A stretch of 64,000 nt of DNA from assembly GCA_938009755.1 (NCBI GenBank), contig CALLIL010000002.1, positions 6,420 through 70,419 on the forward strand. Direction: 5' to 3'. Each line of letters opens with the position of its first letter. Position 1 is the stretch's first letter. Below, one piece after another: positions 46,638-55,871 of this stretch. The stretch is from an uncultured Marinomonas sp. Its GTDB lineage: Bacteria; Pseudomonadota; Gammaproteobacteria; Pseudomonadales; Marinomonadaceae. The notes under the pieces are model-generated. The model did not search any database. It was not told the origin of the DNA and worked only from the letters and a program-made list of their open reading frames with translations. Both the position numbers and the translations under genes were made by a program.

Positions 46638-47150
46638 ATGTCAAAAGAGGTGATTGAAACCCACAGGATGTCAGTGGGGGAATTTTTCTTAGATGTGGTT
46701 CTTGCGCAAGACTTATATTTGCGTTTAAGCAGCCAATTGACATTCGATGAATGGGTGTCTAAAAGCTACGCGCAATATAAAGAGAAAGGTTTTTTTGCGG
46801 TCTACTCAGACAAGAGTAATCAGCAATACTATGTCGTTACATGCAATGTAGCCATTTCGATTCTTAGTGACGATAAGTCATCAACAGCGATCAAAGCACA
46901 GAAAAAGCTCGAAGATTTGAGCGCTCATACTCTAAACTTTCACGACACAATGCTAACTGATCATGACAGATACGATGTCGTGAAAACGTTTGCAGAAAAA
47001 GCCGGTTGTGAAGACCGCCCGATCCCCATTCCCGTCGACACCGCCTTGGCACTTGTAGAAACAGTGCAACTATTCAAACTTCAAGTTGAACAAATGCAAC
47101 AAAAGCTCAGCAGAGTCGACACATTTCTTGTTAAGAAATATATAAAGTAA
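46638..47150 (+). CDS. Hypothetical protein divergent from the hydrolase
   Basis: AAGGAG RBS; 170 aa; C-terminal coiled coil. Confidence 0.7.
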   Translation: MSKEVIETHRMSVGEFFLDVVLAQDLYLRLSSQLTFDEWVSKSYAQYKEKGFFAVYSDKSNQQYYVVTCNVAISILSDDKSSTAIKAQKKLEDLSAHTLNFHDTMLTDHDRYDVVKTFAEKAGCEDRPIPIPVDTALALVETVQLFKLQVEQMQQKLSRVDTFLVKKYIK

Positions 47151-47234
47151 CGATGATGTTACTTATTTGGCTTTTGCACCAATAAAGCACCTTTTTGCTT
47201 TTAATTGCATGATTTTTAAAGATAAAATGGTTCT

Positions 47235-47283
47235 GGTCCCGGGCACCATTTATGGTGCCTTTTTTTATGACTGCACTTTCTTA
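47235..47283 (+). repeat. attR direct repeat
   Basis: 48/49 match to 686-734. Confidence 0.93.
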
Positions 47284-47310
47284 AAAATTCCTCGCATTCC
47301 TTCTTTGCTC

Positions 47311-47551
47311 AAATTATTCCTACGCCAAACGTAGGGCGGCATGAGCGAAGCGTGATCCGCCGAAATATACACAACGCAACCTTCTAGCTCCTCAGCCTTA
47401 CTGCAAAATTATTATCTAAGTTGTTCTGCTAAAAATTACCTACAACCAAACGTAGGGCGGCATGAGCGAAGCGTGATCCGCCGAAATACGCACAACGCAA
47501 CCTTCTAACTCCTCAGCCTTACCGTAAAATTATTCTCCGTACCGTAGGGCG
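47311..47551 (+). repeat. Tandem ~121-bp repeat with GTAG-type REP-like palindrome
   Basis: GTAGGGCGGCATGAGCGAAGCGTGATCCGCC at 47331 and 47452; partial GTAGGGCG at 47544. Confidence 0.7.
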
Positions 47552-47664
47552 TTTGTACCAAGAAAGACCTAAGCTGGCCTTCAAGCATACGAAAAAACGC
47601 TCGTAACAGCAGACAAGACATAGATTTGACTTTCTTGCATGGCTTAATAGGAAAATGACTGTAA

Positions 47665-47901
47665 GTGCAAAGCTTCAACTTGAAATCAGATTCGCTTGAT
47701 GTGAATGTCAGAAAGATTCGCAACAAGTGCCTAATAGACGATCTACACTTTCATGACCTGAGACAGGAAGCACTAACGCGACTAGCCACCAAAGTGGACG
47801 TGCTCAAACTAGCCAAGATATCAGACCATACCGGCCTAAGAACCCTGCAGCGGATTTACTATGCATCAGATATGGGTGATATTGCATTGATATTGGATTA
47901 A
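47665..47901 (+). pseudogene. Integrase C-terminal fragment
   Basis: FNLKSDSLDVN.RKIRNKCLIDDLHFHDLR.EALTRLA nearly identical to the end of int 874-1890. Confidence 0.9.
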
Positions 47902-47902
47902 C

Positions 47903-48544
47903 TTGATGGATTTATATATGGAGAGTAATAATTTTACCTTAGGTGATATGTCAGAGGGACTAATCAGACAAAGAAGAAACTTGATATCTGTTTCTTGTAT
48001 TCTGATATTCCTAAAGTTTGCTGGTGTTGAAATTAGTAAATTAAGTTTTCTCGGATTAGATTTTAGTGAACTGGAAAAACCTTCTGCTTTTTACCTTCTA
48101 ATATGGTTGGTCTATTTCTATTTTGTGCTTCGTTATTACCAATACTTTTGGCAGGAAGGTAAGCCCAAACTCATTTCTTATTATAATCAAAATATAGCTC
48201 AGGCTCTTATTAATAAAGTATGGACTAATGCTAAAAATGAGGAGGTTGATGGAAGGTTTCGCTCATATGAACCAAACACTGTAGAGGAGCTAAAAGATAA
48301 TGATTGGAAGTATAAGGCTGAGTATAGAAAAGAAGATGGCACTTTCATTATTCTTGATAAAACTTTATTCAAGAGAGAGCGAGTGAAATGTAGAGCTCTT
48401 ATGATGATTAACTTAACGTGTAATACTAGTATTTTTACCGACTATATTCTTCCATTTTTATTAGCTATTGCAGCACTTTCTTATTGCTATGCTGGGTCTG
48501 CATCCAGCTTGTATTGGGCTGTTAAAGATAGTTTTTTAGGTTAA
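47903..48544 (+). CDS. AT-rich membrane protein (relic cargo)
   Basis: RQRRNLI N-terminal TM pair, soluble middle, DYILP C-terminal TM. Confidence 0.7.
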   Translation: MMDLYMESNNFTLGDMSEGLIRQRRNLISVSCILIFLKFAGVEISKLSFLGLDFSELEKPSAFYLLIWLVYFYFVLRYYQYFWQEGKPKLISYYNQNIAQALINKVWTNAKNEEVDGRFRSYEPNTVEELKDNDWKYKAEYRKEDGTFIILDKTLFKRERVKCRALMMINLTCNTSIFTDYILPFLLAIAALSYCYAGSASSLYWAVKDSFLG

Positions 48545-48612
48545 GGAGGATTGATTTCGAATTGTGTATTAGAGCCATTGTTTGCAATAAACAATGTTGT
48601 TACTTTGCTACT

Positions 48613-48766
48613 ACTAAATCTACTCATTACGTGGTGATTGGTTCTCAAGTGTCGCCTGATTGGAAACGCCAGCTTTGACCGCAAGATACAAAAGGCGATA
48701 GAGCTAAGAGACAGCGGGCATCCGTTGATCATCTTAACAAAACAAGAGCGGGTTAGGTTTATTTAG
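48613..48766 (+). pseudogene. Frameshifted fragment of a BRCT-domain protein
   Basis: TKSTHYVVIGSQVSPDWKR / SFDRKIQKAIELRDSGHPLIILTKQE across a frameshift. Confidence 0.6.
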
Positions 48767-48903
48767 TCTATTGTTAATAGCGAATAAGTGATGCTTTTAC
48801 TCTAGGTGATTAAAATAGGAAAAGGGCAGAACTAGAAGTTAATTTTATTCTGCCCCCATTTATTTGACTTTCTTAAAATGATTTATATGGTGATGATTTT
48901 ATT

Positions 48904-49380
48904 ATGGAAAAGAAAATAGACTTGCTAAGAAAAAGGGTAAGAGAGGTTGGTAAAGAGATGGAGCGTTATTACCATTTTTTTCCAAATTTAGCTGAAAAAA
49001 TAGTGCTTGAGTTTGGTGAGTATTTAGGAAGTGCGAGATCAGTTAGCTTTATAAATTTAGATGGAAATATAGACCCTAATATTACTCATCTCAATGGGGT
49101 GTGTGAACTTAGAGGGGGGCGTTATCTGATTCCTATTTTAGTTACGATGCAGAATTTTGAAGATAATGGTTGTGTGTTCGCAAAAATTGTTCTAAATGCG
49201 TATTTGAAAGGTGATGAAATATGCTTTGATGGAAGTATAACAGCTACTGTTAAAGAGGATGATTTGGGACCTTTATATGATTCCATCTTTAACGCTATCT
49301 ATGAAGGTTACTCTTTAGAAGTATGTTTTTCCCATGAAGAAAATTATCAAAATTCAAGAATAGGATTCACGAAAGGTTAA
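48904..49380 (+). CDS. AT-rich hypothetical protein (relic cargo)
   Basis: 158-aa ORF ending RIGFTKG, followed by a terminator. Confidence 0.7.
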   Translation: MEKKIDLLRKRVREVGKEMERYYHFFPNLAEKIVLEFGEYLGSARSVSFINLDGNIDPNITHLNGVCELRGGRYLIPILVTMQNFEDNGCVFAKIVLNAYLKGDEICFDGSITATVKEDDLGPLYDSIFNAIYEGYSLEVCFSHEENYQNSRIGFTKG

Positions 49381-49389
49381 TCACAAGAC

Positions 49390-49530
49390 ACAAAAAAACC
49401 GCCCTTTGGCGGTTTTTTTTGTGTCTGTTGTAAATCAATTTAATGTGTCATTTTCTGAGCCAGTGCCCATGACATTACATCGCTGGCGACCCAACGCCAG
49501 TTGGTGTGGTTTTCTAATCCGCCTACATTT
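49390..49530 (-). pseudogene. Terminator plus 3' fragment of xis/AlpA-like gene
   Basis: Homologous to 2190-2330; encodes ..WRWVASDVMSWALAQK. Confidence 0.8.
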
Positions 49531-49697
49531 TTTGTTTGTGTTACTCTTTTAGACTATTTAATCTGCAATGCGAAGCGAATGGTCAAGTATGTAAGATTTC
49601 AATAGAGTTTGTATTGATTGTGTTTTTACTAGGCTGTTTTAATTGAAAAACGATTTTTTAATGGAAATAGTTCTACATTAGATGTGTTTAAACTAAG

Positions 49698-50075
49698 GTG
49701 AAAAGTATGTATAAAACAAAAGGAATCTTGCTTATTGCTTTGGTCGCAATAACGGGATGTAGTCACTCTCCTTTTAATAAGGAAAATCGGTTTTCATTAG
49801 ATGGGTATGAAGATGCGTTCTTTGCAGAATGTATGAGTCGAGAAAGCCTTATTAAGAAGAGTACAATTAGCAAAGAAAGCTCTTGTCGTGACATAGGTCA
49901 TGCGTTAATGACTACAGCACAGAAAGGGTTTGAAGAAAACCGAGCAGAAAAAGTAGCCGCAGACTGTAAGGGTGAGGAAGACTTTAATCAATGTGTATAC
50001 GCGGCTCAAAAATCGCATTATGACGCATGGATTCCCGTTATGATCGAGAAAGTCTATCCAGATTCAAAACAGTGA
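49698..50075 (+). CDS. Lipoprotein
   Basis: Lipobox ITGC, four further Cys. Confidence 0.7.
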   Translation: MKSMYKTKGILLIALVAITGCSHSPFNKENRFSLDGYEDAFFAECMSRESLIKKSTISKESSCRDIGHALMTTAQKGFEENRAEKVAADCKGEEDFNQCVYAAQKSHYDAWIPVMIEKVYPDSKQ

Positions 50076-50158
50076 TATGGCTTTATTAGTTTTTTGATTA
50101 TTTGTGGTACTCTTTTACCTATTGGTTTATTGATAAAATAACGACTAAGAGAGATACG

Positions 50159-50590
50159 ATGTCTAACCCAGATGAAAAAGCGAAAGGCCGTTTAACCACA
50201 AGAACGGTGGCGATGCCGAGTGATACAAACCCTGCGGGGGATATTTTTGGTGGCTGGGTGGTATCGCAAATGGACATTGCTGCGGGTATTTGTGCTGGGC
50301 AGCGTGCTCAGTCTCGTGTTGTTACGGTGGCTTTGGATGGCATGAGTTTTATCCGACCAGTAAAAGTTGGGGATATCTTAGGGGTTTATACATGCGTTGA
50401 GTCTGTTGGTCGAACCTCGATGAATATCTTGGTTGAGTGCTGGGTTCGCCGTGGTCGTATTGGTCAGCGTGAAAAAGTGACGGAAGGTATGTTCAAGTTT
50501 GTGGCGATCAATGATGAAGGCAAAGCGACGCCAATTCCTCGCGAAGAAGATTTACCAGATTATGTGAATAATAATTTTCACGATCATTGA
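50159..50590 (+). CDS. Acyl-CoA thioesterase (YciA-like hotdog fold)
   Basis: AMPSDTNPAGDIFGGWVVSQMDIAAG. Confidence 0.92.
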   Translation: MSNPDEKAKGRLTTRTVAMPSDTNPAGDIFGGWVVSQMDIAAGICAGQRAQSRVVTVALDGMSFIRPVKVGDILGVYTCVESVGRTSMNILVECWVRRGRIGQREKVTEGMFKFVAINDEGKATPIPREEDLPDYVNNNFHDH

Positions 50591-50728
50591 TTACTCTGTC
50601 GTTCTCACTTTTCTAAGGAGTGATGTGAAATTCCATAAAGCGATTACTTTGGTAGTCGCTTTTTTTGTGCTTTCGGAGCGCTAGAAACAACAAAGCCCTA
50701 GCTAAAAATAGCTAGGGCTTCATCTAAA

Positions 50729-50813
50729 TGGTACCAGTAGGCGGACTCGAACCGCCACGCCTTTCGGCAACGGATTTTGAATCCGTCGTGTCTACCAATT
50801 CCACCACACTGGC
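50729..50813 (-). tRNA. tRNA-Leu(CAA)
   Basis: Reverse complement GCCAGTG..ACGGA-TTCAAAA-TCCGT..TACTGGTACCA. Confidence 0.95.
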
Positions 50814-50885
50814 CTTGAAAAAGGTGACGCGTATTTTATGGTTTTTTCTATAAGAGTCAATGCTTTAATCTAAAATAAATGCACA

Positions 50886-52112
50886 TTAATCTGAAAGCGA
50901 TTCAATAACCTTTTCGGCCCAAAGCATTGAGTCTAAAAAAGACTGGTTGAGACGCGCTCTTTCTTCTGGTGATAAGCTTTCTATTTTTTCCCAGTTTTGC
51001 TCCTCGCAGCTTAATGTATGGGATAAATATTGGCCAAGTTCCCCTGTTTTTTCAAGTAAGGCGGTGAGTACATTCTCTTCAAGTGCAACTTGTTCAAAGA
51101 TGGTTTTTCTATCTAGGTTGAAAACCAAATCAATGCTCGACATGAGACCAACCATAAAAGCAGAATCTGTATAGTTAGAATCATTGGCTTCTGCTAATAG
51201 CTGACAACAACGAGCACGTGTTAGCAGAGTGTGTAATAACGATGATTGCTGTGTCTTTGATGATGTCAGTGTGATTAGCAAAGTCCATTTTTTTAGTTGA
51301 GCGAGTCCCAAAAAAATAACGGCTTCTTTAATGGATACGACTTTTTTCGTGATGCCACAAACTGGGCTGTTTAAAATACGCAATAATTGATAAGACAATT
51401 TAGGGTTTTGTGAAACCAGTTCAGACACTTCATTTATTGAAATGTCTGGGTTTTGTAAGGCGTTAAATAGCACCATAGCGCCATGAGTTGAGGAATCTAT
51501 TTTTTTGCCTGTGACAATTTCAGGGTGCTGTAAGTGATAACCTTGAAATAGGTCAAAACCAATCTTTTTACACTGTTCGAAGACTTCTCGGTTTTCTATT
51601 TTTTCAGCTAATAAAACTAAGCCTTTTCTTTTTAGTTCTGCTATTTGTTTTGTGTATTTTTCAGGAGGTGTCGCAAGGACATCGATTTTTACAATGGAAA
51701 TCCAAGGTAATAATTTGGCGTAGTTTTCATCAAATTGATAATCGTCTAAGGCAAAACGATAGCCAGCTGCACGCCATTTTTTTAAGGCATCAATAAATTC
51801 AGAAGTGAGCTCTTGTTTTTCAAGAATTTCGATATAGACGGTATTCGGGGCGATAGGAAAAAAAGCATCAGAGAGCATTAATTCTGTGGTCATATTAATA
51901 AAGAACGGCGTCTTCATTTCAGATTCTAGTTTGGTTATACCAATGCATAAATTGACAAGTACTTGGCTTGTTGCCACTTCACCATCTAATATATTCGCAT
52001 TTTGAGAGTCTTTTTCACGAAACAGTAACTCATGACCAAAAATCTCTTTGGTTCTTTTAAAAATAGGCTGCTGTGCCATCATTAAGTCGTCTAAAATCGC
52101 TGGAAACTCCAT
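50886..52112 (-). CDS. EAL + HDOD domain protein
   Basis: QQPIF..HELLFR, FALDDY, LAEKIE, FQGY, LSYQLLRILNS. Confidence 0.9.
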   Translation of the reverse strand: MEFPAILDDLMMAQQPIFKRTKEIFGHELLFREKDSQNANILDGEVATSQVLVNLCIGITKLESEMKTPFFINMTTELMLSDAFFPIAPNTVYIEILEKQELTSEFIDALKKWRAAGYRFALDDYQFDENYAKLLPWISIVKIDVLATPPEKYTKQIAELKRKGLVLLAEKIENREVFEQCKKIGFDLFQGYHLQHPEIVTGKKIDSSTHGAMVLFNALQNPDISINEVSELVSQNPKLSYQLLRILNSPVCGITKKVVSIKEAVIFLGLAQLKKWTLLITLTSSKTQQSSLLHTLLTRARCCQLLAEANDSNYTDSAFMVGLMSSIDLVFNLDRKTIFEQVALEENVLTALLEKTGELGQYLSHTLSCEEQNWEKIESLSPEERARLNQSFLDSMLWAEKVIESLSD

Positions 52113-52305
52113 CGAACTACTCTCTTTATTTCTATATCAGATATACAAAATTATGTTTAAAATTTAACCATAATAACCAGTTTATATATATTAGAAAGCT
52201 TATATACAATCACTTTGTGTCTTTATGTATGTTATTCCTTCGTGCTTATGATGTAAAAATGATTGACTCCTTTTTACGTCGCTCATAAAATATTCATCGC
52301 TTTTT

Positions 52306-52381
52306 GGGGCCTTAGCTCAGCTGGGAGAGCGGTTCGCTGGCAGCGAACAGGTCAGGAGTTCGATCCTCCTAGGCTCCACCA
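52306..52381 (+). tRNA. tRNA-Ala(GGC)
   Basis: GGGGCCT/AGGCTCC acceptor stem with G3-U70, loop CTGGCAG, CCA. Confidence 0.95.
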
Positions 52382-52484
52382 TTCTAAAACAATCTAAATC
52401 CTGCTTTTTTTTATCTGTCTTCAAGGTTACGCTAGTTCTATATTGATTTTAGTTCATTGCTTATAAACACCGTAGGACTCAGGC

Positions 52485-55400
52485 ATGTTTCAACTTTATA
52501 CTGGTAATCGACTAGAGGATTTAGCCGTATTACTTGCCAAAATATTAGCGGTATCACCACCTGAAAACCCTTTTGACGATGAGCATATTCTAGTCCAAAA
52601 CCCTGGCATGGCGCAGTGGTTAAAAATGTTTGTTGCCCAGTCTCACTCTATTTCCGCTGGCTTGGCGTTTCCGCTGCCTTCCACTTTTATCTGGCACACT
52701 TTTACACAAACACTCGATGATATTCCATCACAAAGTGAGTTTAACAAGCCCTTCTTAGTCTGGCGTTTGATGCGCCTTTTAGACTCTCGTCTAAGCGATC
52801 CTGAATTTCAGGCATTACATTGGTATTTAGAAGAGGATGATACCCAAGTTAGGCGCTTTCAGCTGTGCAGCAGCATTGCGGATATTTATGACCAATACCT
52901 GGTTTACCGACCAGATTGGATCAAAGCGTGGGAAAGTGACGACCAAAGCGACTCTGCGTTAAACGCCTTATTTGAACAACAGCCTTGGCAAGCCATTTTA
53001 TGGCGGGATTTAGTCGGTGACATCAGCGCACAAGGCACGTCTTTGTATCACCGTGGCAATTTGATTGAAGCGTTACAAGACGCGTCGCAATCTTCAGTTC
53101 GTCCCGTTGATATTCCTCAGCGTATTTTTATTTTTGGTGTTTCCTCTTTGCCTCCGAACACACTGGAGTCGTTACGCGTTTTGGCGGCATCCGGTTGGAT
53201 TGATGTGCATTTATTTCTGCAAAACCCTTGTCGTTTTTATTGGGGCGATGTGGTGGATAAACACTATCTAGGCCGAGAAATAAAACGCCAAACGCTTAAA
53301 CCAGGATTAAGTACAGACACCTTGCATCTTGATGCGAACCCTTTACTGGCAAGTTGGGGGCGTTTAGGGCGAGATTACATTGCTCAGCTGCAAGAAATGG
53401 CTGACAACGAAGTTGAGATATTTGAAAACTACCAACGTCCAGAATCAAACGGTTTGTTGCAATGGGTTCAGCAAGATGTGTTAACGCTTGAAAACCATGG
53501 CGCGAAGCAAGAACGAGACAGCGCAATGACCAGTGCGGAATACCGGCATGTTATTGCACAAGATGACCAAAGTATCCGTATGCACCTTTGCCATAGTGCT
53601 TTGCGTGAAGTGGAAGTTTTGCATGATCAGCTGTTGGACATGTTTGAGAAAAACCCTGAACTGACTCCGAAAGACGTGATTGTCATGTTGCCAGACGTGA
53701 ACACGTACAGCCCTTTTGTAAAAGCCGTTTTCGGTGGTCAAAGCCGTCACTTTGATCAAAATAACAAGCAGATTCCGTTTGCCTTAATTGACCAATCTGG
53801 TGGCATGGAAAACCCCATTGTTGATGCGTATTTGTATTTGCTCGGATTAGGCGAAAGTCGCTTTACCTTGTCTGAACTCATCAGTGTATTAGAAGTGCCT
53901 GCGGTATTGGAGCGCTTTGAACTGACGCCAGAAGAATTGGAACGTATTCGCCAATGGTCTACCGAAGTGGGCGTCCGTTGGGGATTAGATGAGAAAACAG
54001 CGCAACAACATGATCTTCCTGCTCAGGAATCTCACACTTGGCTTAATGGCGTACGACGTATGTTGCTTGGTTACGCTATGGGACACGATTATATTTGGCA
54101 AGGCACATTGAGCTACGGCGACGTTGAAGGGCTAGAAGCATCCGTTGCCGGTAAATTAGCAGAATTCCTTGTGGCAATTGATGATGCGCAATCTCGTCTG
54201 ATGACATCGTTAACACCGAAAGAATGGGTGTCGACCTTGTATTATTTATCGAAGCGTTTCTTCTTGTTAGAAGAAGACGACTCGTTTGAAAAATTGCTAA
54301 AAAACCAATTAGATACACTCACCAAGCAATGGCAACAAGCGCATTTCAATGACGCCTTGGATCAGCAGGTATTACGACAACTTTTGTCGCCGATGTTACA
54401 AGAATCTCAAGGCGGGCAACGCTTTCTAGCAGGTCGCGTGAATTTCTGTACCTTGATGCCGATGCGTTCTGTGCCATTCAAAGTGATTTGTGTTTTAGGG
54501 CTAAACGAAGGCGATTATCCTCGCAGCGTCGCGCCAATGGGGTTTGATCTCATGGTTGGGCAATATCGCAGTGGCGATCGAAGCCGACGAGAAGACGACA
54601 AATATTTGTTCCTTGAAGCCTTGATGTCGGCCCGAGACTGTTTCTATCTCAGTTACGTTGGACGCAGTATTCAAGACAACAGTGAGAAGAACCCATCGAT
54701 CTTGGTCAGTGAATTGTTGGAATACATAGGCCAGAGTTGCGTGTATGAAGGCGATCAATCGCTCATGCCTGACGACGCGCAAGCCGCCTTGTTGAAAAAA
54801 CTGATTATCGAACATCCATTACAACCTTTTAATGGTGCGTATTATTCTGAGTCGCAACTCACTGGCTCAAACCCAGAGTCTTACTTGTACAGTTACGACG
54901 AGCAATGGCTGCCAGCTTTGTTAAGTGTGAAAACAGAAGAAAGCCATCAGGTCATTACGCCGTTGGCGAATTTAGAGCAACCTCGTTTGGACCTCGCATT
55001 AGACGAAGTGTCACGGTTTATCAGTCATCCAGCGCGATACTTCACTCAACGTCGACTAAAAGCCTATTTGAGTTTAAGGGAAGAAGAGGAATTAGAAGAC
55101 GAGCCTTTTGCCTTGGAAGGCTTAGCGGGATACAAGCTGAGAGACGAATTGTTGCAGTCTATATTGAAAGGCAACGAAGGCGAATTTGTTGAGCGATTAT
55201 CGTTAATGGGGGAATTGCCTTATGGCGCAATTGGGCGTTTGTCGTTGCAAAATAGCCAGAATCAATGCCGAAGATTATTAAGCGTTCTACAAGGTTACGC
55301 CTTGGAAGAATGCGAGCCTGTGGAAGTGTATTTGCCTCTAGACACATTGTTGTTGCAAGCGTGGTTGGATTTACCGACTGCAACAACGCGTTTGTCTTAT

Positions 55401-55871
55401 CGTCTTGGGGATTTATCAGCTCATCAAAAAATGCAGTTTTGGATTGAGCACTTGGCTTTGTGCGCCCAAGGCACACCAAAACAACATCACTTTATTAACC
55501 TGACGAAAACAGGAAAGTTGCTTCAACAAGGTTTTATCATTCTTCCGCCAGAAGACGCCAAACAGCGCCTTTTAGAGATGTTGACGTTGTTGCAAACGGG
55601 TTTATGTCAGCCGCTTATTTTACCTGCTAAAAGCGCCGATGCGTGGTGCAAAAGTTTCTGTTCCAGTAAAGCGTCTGAAGACGCTGATATCGCGTGGGAG
55701 CAAGCGCTAAAAACCTATCAAGACAACAGCAGTGCGTTTACCAGCAGCGAAGTGGAAGACGCTTATTGGCAACGTTATTTCCCGAATTTGATGGAACATA
55801 AAGAAGTGTTTGTGAGCATGTGCGAACAAATTTGGTTGCCGATGCATCGTCATTTGGAGGTGCTCGAATGA
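52485..55871 (+). CDS. recC: Exodeoxyribonuclease V gamma subunit
   Basis: GMAQWL, NPLLASWG, REVEVLHD, VNFCTLMPMRSVPF. Confidence 0.97.
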   Translation: MFQLYTGNRLEDLAVLLAKILAVSPPENPFDDEHILVQNPGMAQWLKMFVAQSHSISAGLAFPLPSTFIWHTFTQTLDDIPSQSEFNKPFLVWRLMRLLDSRLSDPEFQALHWYLEEDDTQVRRFQLCSSIADIYDQYLVYRPDWIKAWESDDQSDSALNALFEQQPWQAILWRDLVGDISAQGTSLYHRGNLIEALQDASQSSVRPVDIPQRIFIFGVSSLPPNTLESLRVLAASGWIDVHLFLQNPCRFYWGDVVDKHYLGREIKRQTLKPGLSTDTLHLDANPLLASWGRLGRDYIAQLQEMADNEVEIFENYQRPESNGLLQWVQQDVLTLENHGAKQERDSAMTSAEYRHVIAQDDQSIRMHLCHSALREVEVLHDQLLDMFEKNPELTPKDVIVMLPDVNTYSPFVKAVFGGQSRHFDQNNKQIPFALIDQSGGMENPIVDAYLYLLGLGESRFTLSELISVLEVPAVLERFELTPEELERIRQWSTEVGVRWGLDEKTAQQHDLPAQESHTWLNGVRRMLLGYAMGHDYIWQGTLSYGDVEGLEASVAGKLAEFLVAIDDAQSRLMTSLTPKEWVSTLYYLSKRFFLLEEDDSFEKLLKNQLDTLTKQWQQAHFNDALDQQVLRQLLSPMLQESQGGQRFLAGRVNFCTLMPMRSVPFKVICVLGLNEGDYPRSVAPMGFDLMVGQYRSGDRSRREDDKYLFLEALMSARDCFYLSYVGRSIQDNSEKNPSILVSELLEYIGQSCVYEGDQSLMPDDAQAALLKKLIIEHPLQPFNGAYYSESQLTGSNPESYLYSYDEQWLPALLSVKTEESHQVITPLANLEQPRLDLALDEVSRFISHPARYFTQRRLKAYLSLREEEELEDEPFALEGLAGYKLRDELLQSILKGNEGEFVERLSLMGELPYGAIGRLSLQNSQNQCRRLLSVLQGYALEECEPVEVYLPLDTLLLQAWLDLPTATTRLSYRLGDLSAHQKMQFWIEHLALCAQGTPKQHHFINLTKTGKLLQQGFIILPPEDAKQRLLEMLTLLQTGLCQPLILPAKSADAWCKSFCSSKASEDADIAWEQALKTYQDNSSAFTSSEVEDAYWQRYFPNLMEHKEVFVSMCEQIWLPMHRHLEVLE

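Larger units (their letters stand above)
686..47283. mobile_element. Lambda-like temperate siphoprophage, apparently intact
   Basis: Flanking direct repeats; integrase, immunity, replication, lysis, Nu1/GpA terminase, lambda-type portal and capsid, tail tube, tape measure and tail tip; no sheath gene. Confidence 0.95.
47235..49530. mobile_element. Degraded relic of a related prophage
   Basis: int 3' fragment, cargo genes, and terminator plus xis fragment homologous to 2190-2330. Confidence 0.8.

Noticed and set aside
46525-46743. N-terminal extensions of the hydrolase and of ORF 46572
   Set aside because: They would overlap head-to-head; strong RBSs support starts at 46524 and 46638
47311-47551. 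Possible CRISPR array
   Set aside because: Only two full units, the intervening sequence is also repeated (no unique spacers), and no cas genes are present
47665-47901. Functional third integrase
   Set aside because: Only the last ~78 codons remain; first catalytic Arg and Lys and the binding domains are missing
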